A stretch of DNA of 64,000 nucleotides from Laetmonice hystrix (Eukaryota), in contig OZ249436.1 in the NCBI GenBank assembly GCA_965235115.1, positions 53,568,001 through 53,632,000 on the forward strand, in the 5' to 3' direction. A model generated the notes under the pieces. It did no database searches. It was not told the DNA's origin and saw only the letters and a list, made by a program, of their open reading frames with translations. Both the position numbers and the translations under genes were made by a program. How positions within the stretch are numbered: position 1 is the first letter of the stretch; the number at the start of each line of letters is the position of its first letter. Positions 37,601 through 52,600 of the stretch are shown piece by piece.

Positions 37601-40600
37601 TGAGAAAGGTGCTGAGATAACAGCAATTCGTTAATGGGCTCACTTTTGGTCATTGTAAGAATAACTGGTGATTTCACATTAAGTATACCAAGTGTTTTTT
37701 GAACAGTCAAGGTTCAGTCGATATACATGTACTCAACAGTCCGGGACGTCCCGGGTGATTATAACATTGTGACAACTTGACCACTGTGACCGGCTATTTG
37801 CTGTGCCCTGAATCTCTGACCCCAGGCCGGACTGCCCGGAGAGGGGCATTGACCTCGACACGTGGAACTCGAGCCGATTTCATTGACAGTTAAATGCTGA
37901 TTTTGTGCTGCTGGCATCTAAGTGTTCAAGGCAGTGTATGACAGCAGTGCAAGTCCAGATTTTACCCTCCGCGCATATATTCGAAAGGAACATTATCTGA
38001 GCTGCATTTAGGGTGATTAGATAATCGACAATTGTTGATCTTCTGAAACTATCCGCATCAGCCCAACTGCTGTTTGAGCCCCACTGGGAGGTGGGCCCAG
38101 GATCGGCCCTGTGTGGATGGAGTGGGAGTTGGTGGGCTGTGGGCGGTTTGCTCCCAACCGTCTCCCTCCCACCAAGCTGACTCGTGGGTCTAGATCCAGC
38201 ATTGTGAATGGTGGATCTAGACCTAGGTATATAGGTGATTGTGATGGCTCATCCCGAACCCATTTAGTCCAGTCTGACCTGTAAGTGAAGTCGCTCCCAC
38301 TTGTCAAGGGGGCTTTGTGATAGTTCAGGTGGCCGTGAGAGAAAATTCACAAAGGGTTTCTATACGCTGGTCAGAGGAAAGCTATCCATTCACATACATA
38401 GTTGTCAGCTTGTACAGTGGCACCGTTGATGTTTTTCACTACTTTCTATGAATATCTAGTGAAGAAGTAGAAGTCGCATAGCTCTCATAACGTCCTCGTT
38501 GGCCGTTTTCACGTGAATGCCTGGGTGGCGGTGTCACCGGCGACCCTACCGCAGTTATGTGGACAATTCCACCTGTTATAGGCAGGGATCTGTACTCGCA
38601 GGTCACCTGCCACCTGTACTCGCAGGTCACCTGCCACCTGTACTCGCAGGTAGTAGTGTTAAGGTGACCGTCGTTACATACTATAAGGCTTGTTAACGAG
38701 AAAGTCAAACCTGTTGAAAAGTAATTGTCCTTGATCTTTGTGTTTGTCTTCCGCATCTTATCAGCTATATTGAAGGATTCATGAAGTACGATTGAAGTCA
38801 TTACCTGATTCAGGTGTTGGAGTTTGGGGAGTTATTGATAAAGATATCTACCAGGCCAGGAGAGGTCATGCAGATACCTGTGTAATGCACCCATTTTTCC
38901 TTGCATGCTCACCGGCATTATCACATCTCCAAGTGTGCTAGTTTTTATGGTTCTGTTGACTTGGAGTGATTATTAAAGTGGAGTTGAGCGTGGGATAAGG
39001 GTTGGTTTGGGGAAGGGTTGAGGGTGTGGTTGGAGGGGGTGGTGGGGGAAGGGGGCATGGCCGGCAAGCATTGTGTGGTACACACTGGCATGCAACACTG
39101 GCTGGGAAAAGGTGTGCATTCTTATTTAAATGGGGCTCAGTGAGGCAGCGCCACCATGCCATAGGTGGTCATTAGGTGTCCAGGGCAGCGCCAGGTGAGC
39201 AGCCCTGTGTCACTCACACACATCGTGTAGTACACCTTCCTTGACCTCAGCACCTCCTCCGCTCCCCTCGGTTTGTCCGAGAGAGGATCGAGACGAGGCT
39301 GACCACAGTACATAGTGAAACCTGCTCCTACATGTACATGTGACATCCTTGTTTGGTGGTTGGCAGTCGGTCCTGCTGTGGAGACTGAAGCAGGTGCTAT
39401 GATATAAACGTTTGCTCCTAGCAAAATTAGATCATAATATTTCATACTGCACCAGGAGCTAATGTGGGACCCAAGGCAAAACCAGTCAAAGAAACATTCA
39501 CTCCCGTGGTTCAAACAAGTCTATCCCATGTTCATGGTTGTGTGTACACTCCCCAAAACTGAAATACATGTAGTATATCTTTTTGGACCTGCAAGGATTT
39601 GCGAAAAAATCATTTCTATTTGCTGATTCAAAGCCATGTAAATAATAAACAATATAAACAAGGTATATTTCTAGCGTGCCTATTCCATATGCGTTTTTTC
39701 GGTCCATTACCAGAACCATAGATTGACATGCGAACAAATTGGTGCAAATGGATTCTTAATATGCCGGGTGTTCTGTAATGTAATCCATTGTTGACAGTGA
39801 TTCTAATAGGTCTAACCAGTATTTATAGCTCTGTCTGAAAATAGAGGTCTAATTTGATAGTGCCTGTTAGTGTTAGACTTGATGAAGTAGGTCTAAGTGG
39901 ATACCATTCCGTCAGGATTTCGATGACGGATTCAAGAATCTGGAGCATTATATACGAATGAGATCTCCTCATTGTTCTAATGTGAATGAAGAGTAATAAT
40001 GAACATAGTAAATAATAATATAATTTCCTATTTTGGTCTTGATGAAATGAAACCAAGAGCGTTAATTTAAATGAAATAATTCACTTGCGGGGGGGGGGGT
40101 GCCATGAGGATGGAGGTGACACCAACATCAGGGAGGGCACTGAGGTAGAGAATAACCGGGGACTTCCCAGTGTCAGTGAGGTGACAACTGATGGCGGGCA
40201 CTCACCTCATGTCCGTGTGTGCTTTAGAGGAATTTCACCCGCCCATGCATCTATATTTAGATTTGTCCTCTAAGTGTCGTTGCCAGCATCCCATTGGTTA
40301 GTTCCATATAATTCAAATGGTTCAAATATAAGTGCCAACATATTGTCAAATAGCACAAAATCGAGGTGCATAAAGACATGTTTTTTGCAAAGAGACATAA
40401 AATTCCGGCAATTGCCAGGTAATATAACTTCTTTCGCGCACGTTAGATTACAGGCTGTTGATGTCTAGACAAGAATCAGCAAGTTGATGCTTTGATACGA
40501 TCAGGGCGGGTCAGCAATTCTGCTGTAACAAATCAGAATACCCCCTCCCCTCCCCAAGTGTCTGGGATGCCAGCGTAGCTCTCTAGCCGCTGGTATTGAC

Positions 40601-43600
40601 CCGTCGGCGGTAGAGATCACCCCGCCCCTGTCTCCCCCGCCCCCCGGTAATAACCCTCACATTGCTGATCGACCAACTGTCGCCCCCAAAGCCGGCCAAT
40701 CATAGCAGTTGTTACACAGGACAATATGGACAGAATGGAGCCGGTCAAGGTTCACTGACCGCAGACAGTACGGCCTTGATTTCTGTGCTTACCTTTGATT
40801 GATGACACCCAGTGGTGTGGAGCCCGGTCTACAGTTTCGGGCCAGTCGAGATACGGGTTGTAACAATACTGGTACCAACACCTTTTGGTGTACACTCAGA
40901 TTATGTCCATCAAATGGCGCCGTAATCGGAGCCACGCATCAAGTCTTGCTGTTTTAGAAAGCTGGGCTGTTAGCGCTGCCCCTGAGTTTGGGGTTTCATC
41001 TCCAGGCACTGACAGAGAGGGACCAAGACTTTAGATTTACTGATTGGAATTTGTCCTACGTCAGATCATTTACCAGTTTGGTTTCAGATAACTTGTTTTA
41101 ACAAATCGGAGTGATCATCTTGAGAAAAATAGGCTTTTTCTTTCCGAAGAAAAGTTGAAGAAATCAGAATATTGGCAATGTGCCGTGAGAACAACCCTCT
41201 GTTTTCTCATTTCAGGGCAAAGTTTTACCATTAAGGACTTCAGTACAGTTGAATATATTGAGTATGTGGTGAAATGGGAAATAAACGCCCTTATAACTCG
41301 GACTTTATACTTAATGTTGAGGCTGATTAGTTTTTGCCTCGTTATCTGTAAACATATGCCAGTCAGATGATCTGTCAGACAGTTGAATCAACCTTCCTTC
41401 TATGATGTTTTCTGCAGACACAGAAACAAGGCATTGCTAACCTTCACATTCTATGACTAAGCTCCAAAAACCATCAAACTATACACACGTAACGAGTAAG
41501 GCCCTCAGGGGTTGTTCCTTTGTTTATTGGATGAAAATGGTGGAAGGCATTCTCGCGTTTACAAGTGTTTGTATAAGGCTCTCGTAAAGAAACTTTTAAA
41601 GCCCGTTTGAACGCTTGTTTTTGAACGTCTGAAATGAAGACTGGTATAAGGGGATCGGTTCCCAGCAGTGTTATTTGGGTCGCCCCTACATGGAATGGAG
41701 CGGGCGGGCGTGGGACGTGGAACCATTTAACATAGTGAAGTGTCATTTCATAATAAAACCTGTTGTGATCATTAGTCTACAACTACTCGATGTTCATGTC
41801 ATTGTGGTCGGTAGAGTTCACAAGTACCAGGCCTTGCGACCTGGTGTAACCGTTCGTCCAACGGTTACCACAGCCGGGCCGGTGGGGAGTGGGGGGGGGG
41901 GCACGGTGTCATAATGGGAGCCTAGCCCGGGGTGAGTCTGCCTCAGTAGCCAGCCGTACCATATGGCTCATCATACTTCCTGTTCCTGATAGCATATGAA
42001 TGGAGCTGTGAACCAGGTCAGTACGTGGCCTGTGCCAGTCACCCCCGTTGATGAGTGGTGAGTCAGCCATGATCTGACCTGACATACAGATCAAAGGCCA
42101 TACACTGAGAGGCTTTCAACCGTACTTAGAAAAGTTGACTGCGGGTTGATTGTCTCTTGTTGGAATGATAAACTGACAACTGATTGACCTAGAAACTATG
42201 GAATCATATCAAGATGGTTTTGACTGGAGGTGAAAACGATGAGCACTGAATTGTGTTTGTGGGTCCTGGAGGAACGTGCTTTGATCTTGATGCCCTCCGG
42301 GGGGAAACCATTGTTAGGGGATACTTTGGAAGTTACTCGGGAATGTGCTAGAGATCTGCATATCTGGCACGTAACCTACCCCGAACCAGGATCACTGTAC
42401 ATTACTGGGCTCACACTCTGACCTGATCTGGGTCAGGCAAGCTTGTGTGGTAATGAAGCTCATAAGTATATATACAGTGTGAAACTATAGGCCCCGAGGC
42501 GACACTTACACGGTACGGTGGTTTGTGACACGCACAGGCAGGGAGATAGGAGGGATGTGGGTTAGAAAAATTTGTTATAATCGTTTGTCCCTTTCCGTAG
42601 TGTTCGGTCAATGATTTGTGAAAATCATTTATAAATATGGCAATCCTTGTGAAGTTGTCTGACTGCAGTAGTTATAAAAAAAAAGAAAATATTAATGATA
42701 TTTTAAAATACATCGATAATAAGGTTTTTATTAATTTTTTGATTAAGCTTTTATTAATGGCAGCACAGAGAAGTGCGATATAACCAGTCGGCTGAATAAT
42801 ATTTTTAGGAACGTTTGTATATTGTCAGATAGGAGACTAGTCGAAATTTGTCGCCTCACCCTGTAAGTTCTACTCTAACACTTGTAGAGATCAAACACAT
42901 TTTTTTGTCTCCTAGAGTGATAGATGTTTCCACAGCATGTAATACTGGCTTTAAAAAACAGCCTGAAGTAGTGTTCGGCAGGACTTTGGTAGCAAACCTG
43001 ACAAGTTAATGCAAAGTCAAGGGCTTTGTGCACAACTGTGGCGGCGGACAGCATAGCACCGCCAGGTTCCCGTGGACCTTTTCGCAAGGTTGTCATAATA
43101 TTGAATAAAAGACTAATAATAAAAAGTTGGTTGTGGTCTAAATAAGGCCAACAAGGAATTACACGGAATTAAGAAAACTAAATTGAAAGTGGATTTGATG
43201 TACGTATGTCTCCCTCATTGTTTAACAAAATATTTCTGTTGCTGTTTCTAGCAAACTGAAGACAATTTCCGCAGTCTGTCTGACTGGCGACGCCTCTCAG
43301 CTGTTGATGGGAACAGAAGGTGGTAACATTCATCTGCTCGATGTGGCCTCGTTCACCCTCAGCGACCAGATCATCTACCAGGATGTGGTCATGCAGAAGT
43401 AAGTTGGTGTACATACACCATTTTATCTGTATCTCAGGTTCTGTTGTTAGCTTTATTGTAGAATGGACATGAGGAGTAGTAACGTTCATCTTTGAGAACC
43501 TTTTATTGGGAAAGTTAGTATGTTTGTATGTTTCTCTGCCAATAACATAATTTTCGGTTAAAATTCACGTTATCAGAAGGGAAGGAATATTAGAAATGGA

Positions 43601-46600
43601 TATGAAGGGTGGATGTTAGGCTACCGTAAAAACATACAAATACATTGTCAAGGTCGTTGCCATGACTGTGGAGGAATATCTCCAACTAGACTCAACTTTA
43701 GGTTTGATAAGAGAAGTGTAACTGAAAGGTCAGGGACTGATTTTTTTATCCGTCAACTATATTGTCAGCAATATGCTGTGGCATTCTTTTCTGAATTAAT
43801 GTGATATTGTAATATGTGCTGTAGTTAAGTGTTATCTGAAAGTATGTCTGATATCTACGAGTACTACTATTGTCAGTTGGTATGTTTAGATAGTTGGGTT
43901 GTTTTTAGTGGACCGGTGCTAGATGTGAACATGCCATGTCATGGATCTGGCCGGTTGAGGGGATCATGTTTCCAAAGCATTACACCACCAACTCCAAACA
44001 GAACCCAGTTATCCTGGCCTTGTTGGCATGGGAATAACATAGCAAACCGGGGCTGCAGTGTCCCTCACCAGCAGTTGTATCTTATGGTCTGGACTTTGGC
44101 TGAGCCACTGGTGGAGATTTTCCATGTCGCAACATCTCCTGGTCTTAATATCACACCGTGTACACTTTTTTTGACCTCTCGATTTTAAATAAGCCATTTC
44201 CACCAAGAGTTAATTCTGCCAGTTTTAAAGACATTGTAGCGGGGATGTTAGATGATGGTTAAAGTAAATCACAAATTTCTCTTATTTCAATGACTCCAAA
44301 ATGAAGACATGGGCTGTTAGGTTAGATTTAAGGCCCTTAGACTACATAAATCAATAATTGTATACCCACAGAAATGGAGAAATCTAATGAAATTCAACAT
44401 TCAAATTGCCTGTTGCCGCTGTGAAGCGATCGATTTATGGCTGATTGTGGACAAAAAATGTGGACAATAGTTGACCTAGCATTGACTTGAACAGCTAGTG
44501 AAATTCGTCGGGCGATGTTTGATAATTTCAAACTGGTGGTAGAAAATGGCGTTGTAAAGAAGGTTTGGATTGGATCGTGTGGCGGTCCAGGTAGTGGAAT
44601 AAGTTGGCATAATATGGCAACTTTTGACTTAGCAAAGTGTTGGTACACTTTACATTGGTAATTCCTAGGGGGATGATGCCTCTAGCCAAATTAAGGCTGA
44701 TTTTGTTACTTTTAGATATTCATGATTTGCATTAAGAGGTGCCCCTCCAGGTCTTGTACAGACTTAACCTCAGCCATGCTGTTCCATGGCTATTTTCATC
44801 GCGATCACCCAAATCAGCCTGCTCACAAATAATTGCAGAGGATGCCATGATTCGATTACGGGTATTTTTAGGGCGGCATGGGAATGATGCCTGGCCCCCA
44901 TTGTGAATAAAGCCTGTGTAATTTCCGTTAATTAATTAGTGGCAGAGAGGGTTAGATCATAAAAACGATGAGCACTACCAAGGCACAGACCCGAGTGACA
45001 CTTTCCTGTGGTCTGTAGGGAATTTTCAAGGTCCTTGTGGACAAGACCACTGAAAGGAAAAGAAAGGGTTATGTCAGAGGAGAACGGGGCTGTGGAGGGG
45101 CAGGCATGTGGTGAAGGACTTTGGCCAAATAGAATACCGGTTATTGTAAATCATAATTATGTTAGAATAATTGGCTGAAATATGTGAGCAGCAAAGTGAC
45201 TATCAGAAAAACATTCATTGTTATTAACCTGTTATCAACAGTCCAGATTCATAAACTAACAAACAAAATTGTCGGCTGTACTGGAGTAGGGACTTGTTTT
45301 GTCATCGTTGCTTTCCACATCTTGTTAGCATCACTCGCTGCACAACGCTGACGGATATCCCAGCCCGGGTGGGGGTGGGGGGTTATTTACGGGGAAACGC
45401 TCAAGAATTCCTTCAATCATCATTAGGCCGAAAATGTTATTTTCGACTCTTATCAGATTTGTTATCAAAGCTCCGAGGATGTGAAATAAAGTATGCAGAT
45501 ACAAGGCAGGAAATGAATAACAAACAAAAGACATATAAAATAAAGGCTGTGAGAAAAGTGCTAACGTCGTATTCCTGAGCTAGTCTTGTATAGCTGCTTG
45601 GACCTTGTCGTGTGAAGCTGGTGGAACCATCACTCATTGGTCCAAACGATGGCCACTTGCCGACCCACCAGGTTATCTGTTTGCGGTCAGGCCTACATGT
45701 CATCCGTGGGTGAATCCCCGCGTGTAGGCCCGGTCAGAAAACACACGCCTTGATTGCCAAGGAATGTAGCCGCCTGACCCAGAGCTGACCTGGCGGGGAG
45801 TGGGGCCCGGGGAGACGCGGGGGGTACGGTTCGGGTGGACATGCTACCCTCCTTCCTGACAGTTGGTAGTTGGGGTTTATCAGACTACGGCAGCTGGAGA
45901 GGACCACTCCCACTTGTCATCAGTCAGTGGGCCGACCGCAGACAGCACGCCAACAGCCACCCCTCACTGTGAACAATCACGCACTCTAAAACTGCCTGCT
46001 GATTCTCTCACATACAACAAATTCTCTCAGAATGTCAACAAGAAGAATTGCAGCAAAGGGTGTTGTATACTTTGTTAGATTGGAGAGCACTCTGAAGTAG
46101 GAAGAACTTTGAACAGTTCTTAGTACCCTTTGGATTTAGTTCTTTTCAGTTGCCTGTAGCGATTCTGTTGGCATCGACAGATGACCTTCATGTCGTCTGT
46201 TGGTAGAGTTCCTTGTGACCTTGGCAGTCACCTACTTGTGTATTGGTAGAGTTCTGTGACCTTGGCAGTCTGCTAACTTCCAGTTGTTGGTAGAGTTCCT
46301 GGTGACCTTGGCAGTCTGCTAACTTCCAGCTGTCTGTTGGTAGAGTTTCTGTTGACCTTGGTAATCTCCTAACTTACAGTTGTCTGTTGGTAGAGTTCCT
46401 GGTGACCTTGGCAGTCTGCTTACTTCTAGTTGTCTGTTGGTAGAGTTCCTTGTGACCTTGGCAGTCACCTACTTGTGTATTGGTAGAGTTCTGTGACCTT
46501 GGCAGTCTGCTAACTTCCAGTTGTCTGTTGGTACAGTTCCTTGTGACCTTGGCAGTCTGCTAACTTCCAGTTATCCGTGGGTACAGTTCCTGGTGACCTT

Positions 46601-49600
46601 GGCAGTCTGCTAACTTCCAGTTATCTATTTTTAGCGTTCCTGACGACTTCAAGGTAAACCCTGGTGCAGTGGAGGACATCGCCCAACACCCAACTGATCC
46701 AAGCAAGGTACTCAAAAATTACCACCCAGACGTTCTCTCCTGTTGGCAGTAAATTTGCAGGAAGTCCTCATTGTCTTCTTAGATTTTGTGATATTATAAC
46801 TCGCTGACATCATCGGATGTATCTATCAGCATTTAGTTATCACTTGTGGATGCATTCACCTTTCTGCTGGTTATGTGTAAATATATGGGTCTTTAAGCGG
46901 CAACCTTTTTTTTTAGCTTTATAAGTATGGTATTGGTATAATGAATTGCTTTAACTTTCCTTTTTCCAGTTTTTGATTGGGTACAACCGTGGCCTCATTG
47001 TGTTGTGGGACAACAAGGAAAGCAATGCCGATCAGACATACAATGCCACACAAGTAAGTCTTTTTAGGATCCCGCCATAAACTCGTAGAAACAATGGATA
47101 GTAAACAATGACACGCTGGTAGGAGCATTACAAAAAAAGTCGCTATATTTCAGGCACAGTGAGCAAGTTTTCTTTTTGTGCACATATCTGCAAGAACGTG
47201 TTAAAGGGTTATTTCTGACTGAACGTTGGTACGTAACTTTATCTCAAATTGATCAAGTTGGCTGCCTGTGTATACTTTCCTCTAAACAATGATTGTTGCT
47301 CCCCTCCCAGGAAAATATGTACTTGGTAAGATGAAGTGGTAGCACTTCTTTTTCTATTGTGGTTGGTGATTTTACAGATTTTGTCAAGTGCCACTGTTAA
47401 GGTTTCAGACTTATAACAAAGCATGACAAATTGGGAAGTCCATTATTATTATATGAAAGAGCAGGTTTCAAAAACAAAATAAGGAATATGGTGTAAGAGG
47501 GGTTAGGTGTAAGCGTTACATGGAGATGGCTATGAGGATGTGGAACATTAGCTTATGAAGCTGTTCAAGTAAATGGTGGTACTAACTGACCTGGTTTACT
47601 ATTGGTTCTGCCTGGCCAGGGAGAAGAAGAGGTAAATCTTTAATGCAAGATTTTAGTTTGTATGTTTAGTTTAGCCGTGATGAACAAATATTATTATACA
47701 GTAGAATGAGAAACATTGAAGAGAGAGAAGTGATTTATATCCTTACCATGTCTGCTTCCATAACATCATGTCTGTGATGTCGCCAGGCTGGTGTCTGTGG
47801 TGCAGACTGTAGACAGGTGGTTATAGTGGTAACTTGATGTGGAAAAGAAGATTTTTTAACCCCCCTTTTCTTTCTCATGGATTATATGGTTTTTGTAGAG
47901 TGCATGTTTGCTGCATGAATGTGTAGTGGGATGATTCAGTGGAGTGGGCGAACGGAAGAGCATCTACTTTGGAATAGTCATCTAAAATTTGTCGTTGTCG
48001 TCATTTGACCATGACTGGCACGTAATATTGCTAACCCGACTGTACTGTAAGTCTAAGGGAATATGGCAGCAACCATTCTGAGAGTTTCGCTAGTCTTCTG
48101 AAATAATCCCATCCAAATTAGGGGGCTGAATGTCCATTACCAAAAAATGGTGCAATTGCAGGGATTGTGATTTCACCAGGTTTATCCAATGTTGGAGATT
48201 AAAAAATGAAAGAAGTTTTGACTTGTGTTTCAAGGCCTTGAGTGCTAGCTCAGAAAGGCCCACCGTGTGCGGTATCTTTGTGAAGGCTGTTTGTACACTT
48301 AGCTAATGGAAACATCAATATCATTCTGGACATGTACGGTATTAATGCAGTATTATGCTGTACTAATTAGTGATTCCATTATTGAAAAGGAAAATGTGGA
48401 AATCCCCAACCAAGTCTTGCAGTCTTACGAATTCGGACGTTTGCCAATGTCTGCCTGAGGATTTTCACAAATAAATTTGCATGGGAGAAGAATAAGGAGG
48501 CACAAACTAGATGCAGACATCAGTAATATTGGGCTAAGCTCTCACTAAGTTCACTTTCTTCCTTCACAAAGCCTAATGACGCCGTATTTGTGGCTTAGTG
48601 AAAAACTAACGTCGATCAGATAAATATTTACTGCACCATTTTCCAGTTGTGATATGATCTGAGATAACAATCCGTTATCCAGATCTACAGACTACCTCTC
48701 TCATTGTGCCTGGATAAATCGATTGCGCCCAGTCCCAAACTTTGATTTGGGAAACCGAATCGACCTATCTTTAGGATTTCTGATGAAAGTTGCACTTTGA
48801 TACGGGTGGTTAGATGGATCGGTGCCGTTTAAGTGACCATCCAGTGGGGAGATGGGCGTGGCAGTATATTATGGTGGCCATTCTATACCGGCATGTAGGG
48901 CAGGGGGTCGGGGGTGGCGGTAGTGGGGTGGGGGTGCGCCGTCAGTCCTGGGTTGTCAGTGTCGACCAGGCAGCCACCTCACTCCATCAACATCAGGACA
49001 TGGAACATTGCCGTGATAGAGGGAGAAAAATATCACCGGACCAGTGTCGACCTGCATGTGTCCCGGTTTTTGGATCTACCTCCAGTTATATTGCTTGACT
49101 CAGACCCCATTGGTAAAATACGTCGTCTTTTTCCAGCTCGGTTGTAAAATATAAAAAAAAAACCACTTCAGACAGATCCTGAGAGAGCTCATAACTCGAG
49201 TGAATCTAGTTCTGTGAGCTGAGTGACATTTATCTTAGACGGAGGGGTTAGGAATGTGAGACTGAGAGGGTGTGACTTTGTATCTTCGCACGGAGACGCC
49301 AACGTGACCTTTTGTATAGAGAAGGAGCTTGGCAGACGGAGAGTAGAATGCTGATTATGACATGATGTCTATGGAGCGGAGGCTGAGAGCGAACCGGTCA
49401 ATGGTGCCTTGTCTGGCACTGCCAGGGGCCACCACCACTGGCACTGCAGGTCGCTCTGGTCTCCGGGCCACCACAGTGCTAGGGGACCACTAAACACAAA
49501 GTCACGTCAAGTTGTGTGTGAGAATAATATAAACTGAAGAATTCTGGCAGGCCATCTTGGGAGAGAAACAGCATGGAAGCAAAATCTCGCTGAGTGTAAT

Positions 49601-52600
49601 ATTATTGATTTTTGTCATGGCTTCAGTGCATGATCGAAAAAAGTGGCCAGTTTACTGTCACGTTAATTTGCACATAATAATATAAAAGTTATAGAAGACA
49701 TTTTGAGTTCATTCTATTTATTTATATTTTATTCTTGGAATGTTTGATGTTCGAAATAATTACTAAGCCCAGGTTTTATTATGTAACTTGCATGACATTC
49801 TGTTTCTGAACATAACTGCTTACCACTTACTTATTGCCATGAATAAGAAATAAATGTATGGTCATGGCTTCGAATGAAATTCCAAAATGCTAACATTGAC
49901 AGAAAAAACAAGCCTTGAGGAACTGAAAAAAACATCTGTTTAGTAGTAACCAACCATATATACATTTGCTGACTAGGCATACATCATGTAGTATGTGCCC
50001 AGCGTGTGTACATTAGAAATTTGCATCGTTAATCTAATCTTGTTAAACACATCCCTTCCTGCCTATTTCTAATCTGCGTTTGAACCGACAGACTGTACTA
50101 GCCTCACTTTTCTTTACTCCTTCCATTTCTTTATAACACCATTCCCGGTGCTATTCCCATGGCAACGAGATGTGTGTTTTAATTGGTCTTGGTGTTTTTT
50201 TTGTTTGTGCTTGCAGCAGCTGGAGTCGCTGTCATGGCACCGCGATGGTACCCAGTTCATGAGCGCGCACGCTGACGGTAGTTACATCATCTGGTCGACA
50301 ACCGACTCGACCAAACCCAAGGAGCAGGCCAACACCCCCTATGGTATGTACTGATTTTACCGATTGTAAGGGATCTAGAACAAAGGTTTGGACATGGCCA
50401 GGATTGTCCATTAGTCCACTATAGCATGTGGTTGAATTGGGGTTAATTAAATTCACAGCAGATTGATTGCACTTTTAAATAGTGTCCTGGTCGGGTGAGT
50501 ATTTTGATGTAGGAGCAAGCAATGAGATAAGGTAACCAACGTCTTGTTGTTTACGTTAGCCTTGGGTTAAGGTCAGAGGTCAAGTTGGCAGACGGCCATG
50601 TGGTGTTTGAATGGGAGCATTTCCTTGAGGTGTATGTTGAGAAGCTGCAGGCTTTTTTTTACTTGGCATTTAAAAAATAATGGCACTTGAGACATCTTGT
50701 TTGGGTAATGGATTATACATGTATGTACTCATGTACTGACATTCAATCAGTAGTCGTTATGATTGGATGTGTATGATCTACAAGGGAAAACATCGAAATA
50801 AAAAACCTCTGCCAAACTTTTGGCTTTACGGCCTGTTAGTACATCAGTAATTCATTAGGTGTGGAGTCGGGATAGTTTTTGGTGTTAATCCCATTGACAT
50901 TCTATTTACATTTCGGTTTCTATGTTAGCATGATGTCCTAAGTTCATGGTATACCTTGTTATAGATTTAATACACTTGTCTCACATATTGAGGGCAAACA
51001 ATGAAGGTGCGAGTTTGGTTATTTCATTGGAAGCTTTCCTTACCCGTTGCATTACCATGTAAGAGTAATTCAGAGTGCTGCCATTGGAATTGGATTATAG
51101 GTGGATTCCCGAGTGCTCAATGTGTCAGAAAGATCTAGTTTATACAGTCACAGTGAATTGTTTCCCCATATATCATAAATCTGTGAGATAATGGGTCCCC
51201 AGAACCCTCATACAACTGTGGATCATATCGCGTCTGTAGACAGGCAGTTCAAGATCCGCCTTGGGGCCTCATATCGTTAAATTCCGACAGGCAGGCTGGC
51301 AGACAGGCAGTTCTGAGACTAGGATCAGACATGTCTGGGCCTCCGACTTGATGAGAACACGGCATTCTACCGTATCAACCTGACAGAGATCTTAATGACA
51401 TGGCTCGCCGTTCTCAGCTCTGTTTGTTGTCTTGATTGCGTCTCACTATCTCAATGGATGTTTTAATTATACTGCACTTACCATTCAACCCATGGCAGTT
51501 TTACCGACATGTATAGAAAAAGTGATATATTTTCTTGTACATGAGATTTAAACGGTTGTGTTTGTTTTTACAGGACCTTTCCCATGCAAAGCTATCACCA
51601 AAATCTCTTGGAAGAATGCCAAAGCGTAAGCACCGTTTTCTTCCTCTTTATTGACATTTGGAATATTGTGAATGACCTCGGACGAGGCAGCAATAGCATG
51701 CATACAGATAAACCATCCAGGGTTCCATTGTAGTGTAGCAGCAATCCGCTAGGTGGCGGCAGTGATAAGGAACCTATGTAGCAAAGATTCAGAGCAGCCA
51801 AACCTAAGCCCCAAACTCCTCCCCGCCATGGGTTTTTGTGAAAAAACACTTAATCTTTAAACTACATAGGAAGGTTAACATTTATTACATCAGTCGTTTT
51901 TAAGACTGAAGATTTATGCTCGATTCTGAAAAAAAAACGCTACAAAATACCAGCAGGGTTAAACAAAAATCTAAGATGATATTTAGTGTTTGACTTGTCT
52001 CAGCAGTTTTGATTTCAAGATAAATGGGTACCATATCTATTGATACAAAATAATCTACCATTTATTTCACAGGCCAATAGCAAGAATATTTTTGAGGCCA
52101 AAAAGTGATAAAATATATCCTGAGGGATGATGATTTTAAAACTCCTTATAACTAGGGTCAATGTCACAGAATAAAATCTGTTTCTCTGTTGTGTTGACTT
52201 TTTCTCATTGTGTTTCAGAGAGCCGTATGTTATTTTCGCTGGTGGAATGCCACGGGCCAGCTATGGTGACCGTAACACCCTCAGCGTTACCCAGGGTGCC
52301 AAGCAAGTTGTATACGACTTCACTTCAAGGGTTGTGGACTTTGTTGTTCTGTCTGCAGCTGATACACTGGATGATCCTGACAAAGGTAGAAACCAACTTG
52401 ATTCACTGTTATGGTTGCCAGTAAGTTCCGTTGTAAATGAAGTTAGATTTACGTTGACCAAATGAAAGTGTTATTAGTGCAGTTAAGGCATTGTATTTTG
52501 TCCTTCAGATTCTGCTCTTCAGATTTATTGTGTGCCAAATTCTGAAAGTCTTGTTGCTGTACCTTGAGAACAGTTGCATGTTATGATCTCGGTGGGATGT

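Noticed and set aside
48914-49147. ORF containing INIRTWNI, resembling the start of a LINE APE endonuclease
   Set aside because: No further APE motifs (QET, GDFN, SDH) follow.
30490-49260. Scattered GGAATG/CATTCC TEAD motifs suggesting Hippo feedback on lgl
   Set aside because: About 27 such hexamers are expected by chance in 64 kb at this composition; no evident enrichment.
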